A DNA stretch of 59,442 bases, the filler included, from Ionaspis alba (taxonomy: Eukaryota), in NCBI GenBank assembly GCA_964255285.1. It is 2 parts of 2 records of this genome, joined end to end, with 100 filler letters (N's around TTAATTAATTAA, not from the genome) between each part and the next. Parts side by side here need not be neighbours in the genome. Positions count along the whole stretch, not along the records: positions 1 to 29,736 come from CAXUUL010000120.1; 1 more part is not named here. One strand, given 5' to 3'. Positions 1 through 10,821 of the stretch are shown here, piece after piece. Position 1 is the first letter of the stretch, and each line of letters starts with the position of its first letter. A model generated the notes under the pieces. That model was given only the letters and a program-made list of their open reading frames with translations. It did no database searches and was not told the DNA's origin. A program made the translations under genes and the position numbers.

Positions 1-560
1 GTTGATGAGGAGGGGGAGGAGGATGTGCCGTCGGAGTTGGTGCTGGAGTCGCCGCCATTGAAAGGCAGGCCCGACAGGTAAACTTGGTACGTGTTGGAAC
101 CGCCACCTGGGAGGAAGGGGGATTAGGTTGTGTTCTGTCGGGAGAGGAGGGAGAAGGAGATGGGGACGGGGAGAAAGCAAGGGGATAGTGAGGGTAGGGA
201 CTTACATTGGTCGGCAGGGAAGCCTTTGCAGTTGATATTGCATTGGCTATCTGCTACTTTGTCGCTGGCGGAGGGGAGGTCGCTTCCGCAGAGGCAGTTG
301 GTGCCTTTTGTGAAGGCTAGGACGGGGAGGTTCTTTCGGACGCACCAAGGCTGGCACCAGCCCATGGCTTGGTAGGTCCAGCTCCCTTGATCCTTCAAGG
401 ATCCTGCCGATTTGTAGCATCCTTGGTAGGTCGTGCTGTTTAGTGGGGGAAGGCCTTTGAGTGGGTCGCTTTCCGGCTGGTCGGCGGTGGGTTGTTGGGC
501 GATCGCAATGGCGGAGGCGTATCCAATGGCCACCGCCGCGATGGAGAATATGGACTTCAT
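1..560 (-). CDS. WSC-domain cell-wall integrity sensor (3' end outside the window)
   Basis: Signal peptide MKSIFSIAAVAIGYASAIA and WSC Cys pattern YQGCY...C..WC...GTNCLCG...CNINCKGFPADQC|GG. Intron 205..107 (GTAAGT...CTAATC...CAG) leads into a Ser/Thr-rich stalk. Confidence 0.85.
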
Positions 561-2224
561 GTCTGGGGGGCGTAGATGATGAGTGTGAAAGTGGTCTGTG
601 TGCTGTGACCGGAGCTTGTGGTGATTGTTGTTGTGAGACGATTAAATCGTGGCTCTGCTGGAGTAGGCGCTCCTATTACATCCGACCGAGGCAATTCTTG
701 TAGAGACTGGTCACCACGAGCTTCACGAATGAGCTGAATCGATGAATCGTGATAGTGAAGTGAGCGTTGTGAAAGCCACTCAAGCCAGTTGAGTGTGAAT
801 GACTGTTGTTTGTCGCTTGTTGACTCCCTTTCGTCTTCTTCTTCTTCTGCTGAAAACGACCGTCGTGACTCGTCAATACCTCACCAACAACGCGTTCTGG
901 CGAGATGTACTGAGAGTTGTTGACAGGAAGGTCGACGAGATGGTCCGAGAGCTGGGACTACCTGAAGGATAGATCAGACGAGGAGCTGTTCTCGCTGAGC
1001 TGATGTTTCGTGTTTCAAGAAGGTGTGATCCAAGGGCAATGGCCGCAATGCAAACCGGCGTCGTCCCCCCTTCCTGTGCCAAACTTTGACGCACAAAGTG
1101 TCTCCTTTACCGCTGCGGGTCGAATAAGGAACGTGAGAAGTGTTGAAGGAGAGTACAATAGGTTCAAAGGAAGGTGATCACCTCGTACGAAGGTGGGTGA
1201 GAAGGAGAGAGAGAGAAGTTGAAGGAGGTTAGGCCGTTTGGCTGTCCACCACTACTACTACGACTACACGAACGACAGGAGCAGGAGTAGGGAGAAGGGT
1301 AAGATTAAAATTGGGGCTTCGCAGGGGCCTCTTAGGCGCAAACGAGCAGACGACGGGGAAGAAGCGCATTAATCCAAAAGCGGAACGGCGCCCGCATGAT
1401 TCCTTGTTCTCGTCCCTTGCACGCTTCCACTTTCGTCCAGGCAGGGGAACAATGGGATTATCATTATTATGCAAAAATTGATTTCCTCAATCATCCTACC
1501 AGGCACAATCGTCTTCATGCATCATCCCAATTTCACTCTCATGTCTAGGTCCTTCAGCTGCTACTCCAACGACAATGACATCGTCACTTCCAGAAAACTG
1601 GTCTCACCCTCCGCAGCAGCTCTGGTTTGAGACACACAAAACTCCGGATATCCAACCAAAAAGCACCTCAACTTCCATCTGAAGCTAAGCATGTTTAGCA
1701 AAGCCCAAACAGTCGCGCAACAACCTAAGACAAAGTGGCGCCGGCCGGGTACAACGCTACTCGACCTGTCCCATCATCCACGCTTTTAAAGCTACAACTC
1801 AAGCATGTTCGATTTCATAATCCTACTGTTCGCTTTGGCCAACAGCATTGAATCAGTTAGACGGATGATCTGTTTAGCACTACATATTGGTTATCGAACA
1901 TCAAAAGGCCTGCTTTCCCGAACAACTAAATCTCCTTCGCTGCAAGTAACCTCATGGTCGTCAACGCGGATTGACGGCCTTCTCGGCCATCGATCCTAGT
2001 TTCGAGCAAACCCGAGCTCCAACACTCGCACTCGACGGCATCTTTACCTTTCATCATGTGAATGTCTCAACAGCAAAGCCTCCGATGACGCGTTTCCATG
2101 CAACGCAACAGCTCTCCACCATGACATCTCACCTTGAACTATCTCTCACCCTTCCGTGAAACAAGCAGCGAACAAGTTCTTATCCGCGCAAGTCCCTCCT
2201 CCCTCCATAAACAAGATATAACCA

Positions 2225-4831
2225 TCAACTCCGATAAGTAATGCTCTTTCCCTCAATCTCCTTCCTCACCTTCCTCATCCCCTTCGGTGCATCCAACGAC
2301 TTCGCGTACGGATCCGCCGCCTTCTTGCCATCTCCCTTGCCATTCCGCTCAGGCTTAGCGTGCAGCACCGAAGGGGCGTTCGCATAGTCGAAGGCCTCCT
2401 CTTCATTCAGTCCGTTTCTTCTCTCCACCTCTTCACGCTTTCTTTGAGCCTTCTCGAGCTTCTTTTGAGCTTTCCGTGCTGCTTTCTGCTCGGCTTTGGC
2501 TTGCACGGCTAAAGTGGCTGCATCGGTTGATGTGTCCATGGGATCTTCATCACTGTTTGCTTCGCCAGGTTCTAAATCTACATCTCTCTTGGCTTCTGGA
2601 TCTGTCTCGACTTGCAACTCTGCTGCCTTGCGCTTTCTAGGACCTCCGAGCTCTTTGATGGTAAACACATTGTTCTCCATTGTTTGCCTGTCCTTCACAT
2701 AGCGATGCTCGGCACGAGCACCAGGTTCGGGCTGCGTTGTACTCTCTTCATCTTGATTCTTGATTGGCGTGTCGCCGCTATCAAAAATCTCGGCTGTGAG
2801 CTGTGGCAATAGAAGAGCAAGACGGAGCTCTTGTTGTGTATGGCCAGAGTCAATGCGTCTGCGCTTGACTCCGTTGACCGTAGTGCCCCAGAAATTGGAA
2901 GTTTCGCTTCGTACAGACTCCACATTTTGTACGTCGGGTAATGACTGAGTAGCTTGTGCATCAAAAGGACTCTTTGATAATTGGGATGCCTCTGGATTGG
3001 CCTTCTTGGTGATAGGTCTAACGGCTGCAGGATATGTGGCCATAAAGTCCTTCATATCTGGACCATTTTGGCCACTCGCCTTGGCTTTCCTGATAACATC
3101 AAGTAGCTGCTTGCTATTCCGTTTCAATGCTTGGGATACAGGATGAGAGCATCCGAGCAGTGCAGACATATCCATTGGCATTTCCCTTGCGATACTGAAC
3201 ACAGTATTCTTCGACATAATGAAGTGCAGACTCTCATCTTCTTTTCGTGCGAGTTCGTCTCGCCATTGGTGCACAGCTCTGAAGACTGCAAATTGCTCTT
3301 TCGTGAATAGTGCTGGTGTCCGGCTGAGCATATTGTACCAACCATTGGGACCCATGCCTCGTTCTACGTCGTAGAATGGTCTCTCATATCGCTGTAAAGC
3401 CTCCTTTTTCGACTCCTCGAAAACAGTGCTGATGAGATCTCCCTCTGGCCGAGAGACGTTCGATCTCTCAATCAATTCATTCTTCATGTTGTCAAAGACA
3501 TAGAGCAGAAAGTGCGTATCTGAGCGCGCGTACTCGAACATTTCGTCGGGTAATGGCCTGTTAGGAAGTATGTGTCAGTGCATGAATCGAACGTTTATAA
3601 GCAATTATAGGCAGACCGTATTCGCCAGTCTGCCATCTGATATTTCTTCTGTGCATCAAAATTTGCGAATCTTGAGAGCAATGAAGCAAGATTGTTTCTA
3701 GGATAGCCTAGAGATCTCGAGGCGTGATATGTATCGAACAAACCGACAACATAGAGACCCAAATCTCTCTGCAACCACATCACGTCCATGAAGGCACCAT
3801 GGAAGACCTGCAATTGAATCAGAATATCTTTCAGAACCTGGTGAGATGCCTACCTTGATGATTTTGGGATCTGCAAACACCTCGTTGAGCACTTGCAGAT
3901 CTTCTCTCCAAGGCTTCAGTGTATCCACAACCCAGTCCTTGTCTCTAGTGCTTATCTGCATCAAAGACACAAGACCTATGTATGAATGTGTATCATGATG
4001 CTCTAGATCGATGGCTATCTCCTTTGCGGTCTTCAGTTCTGCAAGCATGGCAGAAACGGCTTCAGGAGTATCGACGAAAGTAGCTTTTGTAGACTCGAAA
4101 GGTAAGAATGGGATTGGATCGGACTTCTCATACATTGATGATGGGCATTGGAATTGGGTAATCTCTGTTTCGTAAGGATGCTTGTATCTGAAGTGATCGT
4201 CAATCAGCTGTCTCATAGGCGAGGAGGCATCTCGGAAAGATAAATAAAAGCGAGTATCATACTGTTTGGAGCCGTCTTCGGAAAGAATAGGATTCATGCT
4301 TTCTTCTAGTGGGACTATGGCATGAGGTTTGAGACGAAGTAATGGCTTGAAAGCCGTAATCTCATCATTGCTTGGGACATTATTGAAGAGTAATTGAGGC
4401 TTGCTCATATTCTGGTCCCGAAAGGCTTTTGCAGGCCTGGCCTTGGGCGCAGCTGTCCCTGGCGTGGGAGTATTTCTTTGGGATGGACTGAGCCTCTTGA
4501 TGACACCAGTAAACTCATCCAGACAGGCGTCTGTCTTCTCCAAGAGATTGTCCACGACATCCACAATATTCCGCCAATTGTCCTCGACTTCTTCTGCATT
4601 GCGCATCTGTGGCGCTGGGATGTCTGTGCCCACAGTCACATTCTTAGTGAGCTTGCGAGCAAGACTGAGGAGCCGCGCATTCTGCTTGTCGAGCAGCTTT
4701 GTAGTTTCAGGGTCAGAGGAGCGTAGGAATGCTAGGTCTTCATTTGCGATTTGACCTGCAGTGCGCGTGGTCTCTACCAAGCATGTAGAGATGTCATCCT
4801 GCATGGACTTGAATGACCTTTCGGAAGTCAT
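2225..4831 (-). CDS. RRP6: Nuclear exosome 3'-5' exonuclease Rrp6
   Basis: PMC2NT N-terminus ([15 protein letters not shown]), DEDDy exonuclease motifs ([34 protein letters not shown]), HRDC domain. Introns at about 4262..4188, 3853..3808 and 3616..3558. Confidence 0.96.
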
Positions 4832-5035
4832 CGCTAGCACTCAACGCCGAAGGCAGCGTCTTGTTGGCGATGGGGGACCGTTGTAGCTCCGCTTGTAATA
4901 AACGGTTATTGACGCAAGTTTATTTTCTGCATCAAAAAATAAGGTTTGGCGATTTCCGCAGAGCCTCAAAATCTCGATATCTCATTTGTGGCGCTCTTCA
5001 TTTTGCGCCTCTCGTATTTTCTCACGTATATAAGC

Positions 5036-5438
5036 ATGTCAGCATCGTTAGCGCCTGAATGTAACGAGGTCAAAGAGTGGGTATCGTTTGTTATCAGTCT
5101 ATGAGGACTACCGCTGATGATTTTAGGCGTTATGATTCCTGCTTCTTGAAATGGTATAGCGAGAGTACGGGAAGCTTTGCTTTCCATGAAGTAAAAACAC
5201 TAATTTGCACTTTAGAATACCTTCGCGGCAACTCCGTCACTGATGAGTGCGAGCCGCTTTTCAAAGACTACAAGGCTTGCCTGACGGTAAGTGATATGGT
5301 CAAGTTTATTCATTCGATTTGGAACTCATGGCTGCCTAGAAAGCACTCAAGGACAGAGGGATCGATACGATGCTGGAGGAGGCGAGAGAAAACAACAAAG
5401 AGCACGAAGCTCAAAGTATGAGACGAGGCTCCAAATAG
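5036..5438 (+). CDS. MDM35: Mitochondrial intermembrane-space twin-Cx9C protein Mdm35
   Basis: Four exons splice to MSASLAPECNEVKERYDSCFLKWYSEKYLRGNSVTDECEPLFKDYKACLTKALKDRGIDTMLEEARENNKEHEAQSMRRGSK. Divergent from RRP6. Confidence 0.93.
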
Positions 5439-6080
5439 CTAGCATTTCTCTGGCGTGATGGAGTTCCAAGTAGTAGATTGGTAGGGAGGAGGTCATCGGC
5501 TGCAAAACGCATCCAGCATTCCACTCTTTATAGAATTGTAATAGTGGCCGTTTTCGATCGAATTTTCTCCACAATGCTTGGAGGAATATGATCGTAATAG
5601 AAACATCCTGTCCTTTCGCATGAGATCCAAGTTGACAGTCTTCCCAACCTCGAATACCATTTGCAGTGGCTTGAAAGCGGTTTCTCAGTTCCGAGGCACA
5701 CGCTTGGCCAAAAGAGCTGCCGACGCTTCAGCAAGCAAATAACCCGACCGAACCAGGGGAGCCAATCGGAGTTCGTGGAGCAGGCCGGACCAAAAGCTTG
5801 AGTGTAACAAGATACCAATAATAATATCGCGCCTCTATTTTGTTTGCTCTGATTGATCTACACAACGAGTCCAGAGACTGCGATCATTTCGAATCTAAAT
5901 AGTGCCTGCTGCCTCAAAGGCATGGCAAGATCTTATGTTACGCCGTTGAGATAGGCTCTAAATCTCACTTTCCAAGGTCTCGATCACTACGTTCCACCAA
6001 GTCGAATGATGTTCGAATGGCTAATGCAACGACAGAGATCCTCCTCTGCGTGGGCTCAGTCCAAATCATAGTACAAATTC

Positions 6081-6467
6081 ATGCACCCCTTCTCGGTTCT
6101 TACACTTGGAATCTTTGTCGCTGGCTACATTACCGCACGTTGGGATCTGGTGACAAGGCTATACGAGCTCGCCATATTCGCCTGGGATCACGGAGTTGTT
6201 GTACGTCAAATACGTTGTAATTATGTGGTTGGAAGCGAGGCGCTCATTTGGTGTAGAAAACAGATGACAAAGTATAATAAAAAAAAAAAATCTTCTTTTT
6301 CCTGTTCATAATCCCCGTGGAAAGGGTGGCGGCACGGGAGTCCACAGAGGTATTATCATTTTGTCCCCTTTCCACAAGAACATCCTACTAATGGATAACA
6401 GCACCCTAGATCGATTGAAAGTGGAATTTCCGCACGTGAACAGCTGAGGCGCAGGGGTTCCTTTTAG
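6081..6467 (+). CDS. Small (~92 aa) hydrophobic protein immediately upstream of GPI1; exon 2 has two in-frame TAA codons in an A-rich patch
   Basis: Exons 6081-6200, 6257-6349 and 6402-6467 with canonical introns. Translation: MHPFSVLTLGIFVAGYITARWDLVTRLYELAIFAWDHGVV|KTDDKV**KKKIFFFLFIIPVERVAARESTE|HPRSIESGISAREQLRRRGSF*. Confidence 0.7.
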
Positions 6468-6483
6468 TATTGACCATGATATT

Positions 6484-8770
6484 ATGGTTGACGGAGATGG
6501 GCTTTTGAGGATATTCTGGCCCTCGGATACACCTCGAACCAAGAGACAGGGAACGATTGTGGGCTGGAAGAACTCGCAGCTAGACTTTTTTGTTGTGACT
6601 GTTCTGCAAGATGTTGAGGTATCTTGGTCTTGAATTTAAGCTTCTACACTGTCTGACCAGTCCTGTTAGCCACGAAATGTCGAGAACGCATTATGCGTGG
6701 GTACCCTATATCGATATAGCCAGCATCCAATCGAGCGCATATTTCGAAGATGTGGAAAATCGTCAATGGATGTACTGGGCTCAACCAACCCACCCACCAA
6801 ACCTTCCGCATTCGACCCTTCGAAACTGCATGCTTACACCGATCCTGCATGGAAATTCCCACAAATATTCTGCCCCAGTAAAAGCAGCATTTCCATCCAG
6901 GTGATAATGTTTGATAGACCTTCTCCTATTTGGATGCAATATATGTCCTTAGATCCCATATCTCTGGCCTTGGGTAATCAGCCAGTCGACGGATTACTAC
7001 CAACTGCCGTTCCTGACGATGCTTCTAAAGCCCACCTCGTGCGCAAGCTTCGATTACACACTGTCGTCCGACATTCACCGTCTCAGATGGAACTCGTTCT
7101 ACCAGAAGTGCTGACTCAGATCAATTGTTCTTCTGAGATAGCCCAACTGCTCCAGAAGAACATCAGCCGGATTGGAAATCGTCAGAAAAGGAGTTTGAGC
7201 GTCAGTGAAAGAGTTGTCGAATCTGCGAGTACGATTTGGAGCTACATTCTTGTAGGCTTGTGGCATGTCGTGACCGTTTGGATATACCCAATTTTGACAC
7301 GAGCGTTTGTCATCGGCCTCATCTGCCATCGAGTTGTGGCGGAAATCGTGCTACAGGTGCTAGAATGGCGAATCAGCCCGGAGTCGGCTGCATTGAAAGA
7401 TGTCTCCGCCACAGCTCAGCAGGTTGATATACGACTTCAGCAGTTCTGCTACTGGCCGATTCAGTATACGACTCTGCGGAAAAGAAAGGACGACTGGGAT
7501 AGCTTCACGGATAGTCATCCAGACTATATCCGATTTTACAACAGCCTGTGGCTAGTCGCCAATGATGTGATCATCGGTATCGCCCTAGGGTCTTACATCA
7601 TTGATAATGCCGACTGGGTTGCGCTACAGATCAATGGAGTGCTCACCAATTGGACTGTAAAGGGCTTGCAAGGCATGATCGTGTGGTTGACGGATTGGCC
7701 TGCCGGTCTGAAACTAAATAACGAGCTCGCAAGTTTCCTTGGTGACTTGTTTCTCTGGGTCATCGAGTACTGGTCAAGTATACTTTTTCTGACTTGGCAC
7801 CATCAGCCGGCATACTGACCGAATACAGATTGCGTGGACAACTTTCGCCCAGTGCTACCCCATGTCATCTACTTCATAGGCTTCTCAAGCTTCGCCGGAG
7901 CCAGCATGCCAATCGCTCTCTTCTCAGACCTTCTCTCCCTTCTTACGATTCATATCTACTCGTTCTACGTCGCATCGGCTCGAATATATCATTGGCAATT
8001 GACTATAATCATTTCTCTCTTCCACCTCTTTCGCGGCAAGAAAAAAAATGTTTTACGAAACCGGATAGACTCATGCGACTATGACCTAGATCAGCTTCTG
8101 TTGGGGACTATACTTTTCACCTTGTTGTTCTTTCTATTACCCACTGTACTAGTCTTCTACTTCACATTTGCATCAGCGAGGATGGCCATCATATCTCTCA
8201 AGGCGGCCTTGGATACCTTGCTTACTTGTCTGAATCATTTCCCGCTCTTTGCATTGATGTTGAGGGTGAAAGACTCACGGCGGCTGCCAGGTAGGTTCTT
8301 GCTACATGACTGAGACTGTACCTTGCTAAGATCTCCAGGTGGTATCTGTTTCGAACTCCGTGATGCCCCTTCTCACCCATCATGGATCCTAAACAACAAA
8401 GAGAATCCTCCCACGTCCTACGTTCTTCTCAAGGTAGGCTCTATCCACGACTTCAACAACTGTCGATGCTGACTCATTACCACAGTCTGTGCCTTTGTCA
8501 CTGAGAGCCATGTTTGACCAATACTTCCAGCTCGGACAGCGACTGCGAGAGCATTACCTGTCGGCCAGAGTGGTGTATTATCTTGCCACTGGGCAATTCA
8601 TACCGCCGATACATCGAAAGAATCTCTACAGCCTTCAGTACAGCATGTTACCGGCACGCCGTGCCGAGATCAGAGAAGTATGGAATCGGCTGACCGAGGG
8701 GAAGCCACTGCCAAATGGTGGTATAGCCAAGATCCCCAACGGCCTTCCTGCTAGACACTTCCGCCGTTGA
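6484..8770 (+). CDS. GPI1: GPI-GlcNAc transferase subunit Gpi1 (PIG-Q)
   Basis: N-terminus MVDGDGLLRIFWPSD...GTIVGW. Gpi1 motifs YIRFYNSLWLVANDVIIG, WPAGLKLNNEL, LFRGKKKNVLRNRIDSCDYDLDQLLLGT. Four introns (about 6619-6669, 7778-7828, 8291-8338, 8434-8485). Confidence 0.96.
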
Positions 8771-9209
8771 GATCCAAGACTCATTTTGGTTATAATACAT
8801 GAAATACTCAAAATTACTTGGAATGGTCATCTGGATGAAAGGAGTGATCTCATTTATGGAACTTGATTTTGATTACTGTGATCCAAGTGCCAACCATGAC
8901 CAATACCACTCGAAACCAGAGAACAGCCAAGCCCAATCGTACCCGGCAAATGGCGATCCTCTCTTCCTGGCTGTTTTCTCCCTGGAATCCTGTGAGGCGA
9001 ATAAAGTCTGAAGCATCCGTTTAAGGGAAATAGCTCCGGCTGACCTTTGGCAGCTTCAAACAATTATGGCACAAACCCCAAACCGGCCTAACCAGTATCA
9101 ATGCCCTGCTGGCATCATCGCGGCAGTCCCCATCGATCCAACTCAATTCCACCAAAACCCCGTCAGTCCAGTCGCCTGTTCCGACCACCTAACGGCCAAA
9201 ATCTCTCTT

Positions 9210-10313
9210 CTACCCAGCTCCGCCGCAGCAAAACTCCCCACACCCGGCACACCTCCTTGCCGCATCCTTCCTTGCTAGATTCTCCCTGCCGCCCAGCTCC
9301 CGCAAACAAACACACATCCTCCCGACAAGCATGGCCTCGATCTTCCCTTCATTCACCCGTACACCTAGCACTCCCCGCCTGTACTCCTCTTCAATTTCCA
9401 GCTTCACGTTCACAGTCCTCAATTCTCTCAGACGACAATCAAAGCACAACCACTTCTCTTCCCGTCTCTTCCCCTCCGTCGTCGGATTGCTGACGGGACA
9501 TCGACACCCGAGGTATAGGTATAGCGTGGGATGCTGCTGCTTGGCCGTTTGGCTGCAGAGTGGGCAGAGCGGGAGCAGCGGCGACTCGAGCAGCTTTGGC
9601 CAATGTTTCTCTAGATGGTGGTGGCCAATGCAGGCGCACTCCTCGCATACCGTTGGGACTCCCTCTTCATGTGCCGCGCCATTCTCGCATGGTCGTACTT
9701 TGCCGCGGTGTTGTGATTCTGGTGAGCTAGCGCCCAGCGGCTTACGCGAAGCGCCAGTCCAGGACCAGGGTGAGGGATACAAGAAGTTGGATGGATCTTC
9801 GGTACATTGTGAGCTCTGGCTGTGCTCCATGTCTGAGCCTCGGCGAGCGACATGTTTACCGAAGCGGGCGTGATCGCAGACTGGTGGTGTCACTGGACGT
9901 TGCACCTCGGTGGCGACTGGCCGGGACGGTAGGATAGCTGGTAGTGTTGGTCGTGTTGAGCGTGTGACAGGGAGCTTGGGTGGGTAGAATTTGTGGACCT
10001 TGGGGAGGAGGGGCACAGAGAAGGTCACGGACGCTGCTTGCTGGCTTTTGAGGGCGGGGTGGAAGCTGGGAGAACGGATTGGTGAGCCGGAAGGACTGCT
10101 CAGAATTTCGTCGACCAGGGTTGCGTCCGAGCTTGGGTGGTCAGTGTTGAGGTACGGAAAGCAGGGCATTTTACGGGAGTGAGGGAGCTGGCTCCAGCTT
10201 CCTGATCTCTTCATGGTGGTATTGTGGATGGGATGGTCGAGAGTGTGTGCTAGGTGATTGCGATGTGAGTCGTTCACAGTCAACGTTTCCTGGTTTCTGC
10301 CATGATCGGCCAT
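9210..10313 (-). CDS. Hypothetical protein, Pro/Ser-rich N-terminus and Cys-rich C-terminus
   Basis: 367-aa uninterrupted ORF with clustered CxxC/CxC motifs (CEEC, CPLC, CRC, WLCFDC, CVC, CAGC). Confidence 0.55.
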   Translation of the reverse strand: MADHGRNQETLTVNDSHRNHLAHTLDHPIHNTTMKRSGSWSQLPHSRKMPCFPYLNTDHPSSDATLVDEILSSPSGSPIRSPSFHPALKSQQAASVTFSVPLLPKVHKFYPPKLPVTRSTRPTLPAILPSRPVATEVQRPVTPPVCDHARFGKHVARRGSDMEHSQSSQCTEDPSNFLYPSPWSWTGASRKPLGASSPESQHRGKVRPCENGAAHEEGVPTVCEECACIGHHHLEKHWPKLLESPLLPLCPLCSQTAKQQHPTLYLYLGCRCPVSNPTTEGKRREEKWLCFDCRLRELRTVNVKLEIEEEYRRGVLGVRVNEGKIEAMLVGRMCVCLRELGGRENLARKDAARRCAGCGEFCCGGAG

Positions 10314-10821
10314 GCAGGGTGTCAGATTCGGATGACTTCTTGCAAGTCAAGTCTATTTCACGTGTTGGATCGTTTGTGTTGAAATATCAACTTCGAGACA
10401 ATGCTGTCGTACTCGGAGACTTGTGGCAATGCAAGGCGTGTGAGATTATGTATGAACGAGAACATTTGTGACAAGGCCTTACTGAGAGCAAGATCGCAGC
10501 TGAGAAGTCACACACTGGAAGCGTTCTTGTAATTCACTTGTGTGTGAGCAATCTGAATTCATCTGGTGTTGACCCCGGATAAACAGATACAAAGGAAACC
10601 TACTACTCAACAGGTTCATAGCATTCTCATATCACAATAAATTAGTTGAACGCGAAGAGGATATCATTTCACTTCAACGTGGGTTGGTCCCAGCGCCAAT
10701 AATTTCAGTTGACTAGACATCAGATCCGATATCGCCAATATGCGCAAAGGGTATCATCGAGGCTACAATACAGCCAACCAGCAAAACTTGACGATAGTAA
10801 AACGGGTCAGCTCTATGTTGC

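Noticed and set aside
1195..1300. GA-rich and CTA/CAC short repeats upstream of the WSC gene
   Set aside because: Ordinary pyrimidine-rich promoter/5'UTR tract on the sense strand.
4188..4262. Intronic box C/D snoRNA in RRP6 (ATGATA...CTGA)
   Set aside because: Box C is imperfect and overlaps the donor, CTGA is explained by the branch region, and I recognise no guide sequence.
9331..9873. 180-aa plus-strand ORF and the many similar antisense ORFs over MSH2, CHL1, RPT5 and others
   Set aside because: Shadow frames opposite better-supported genes, with no recognisable motifs.
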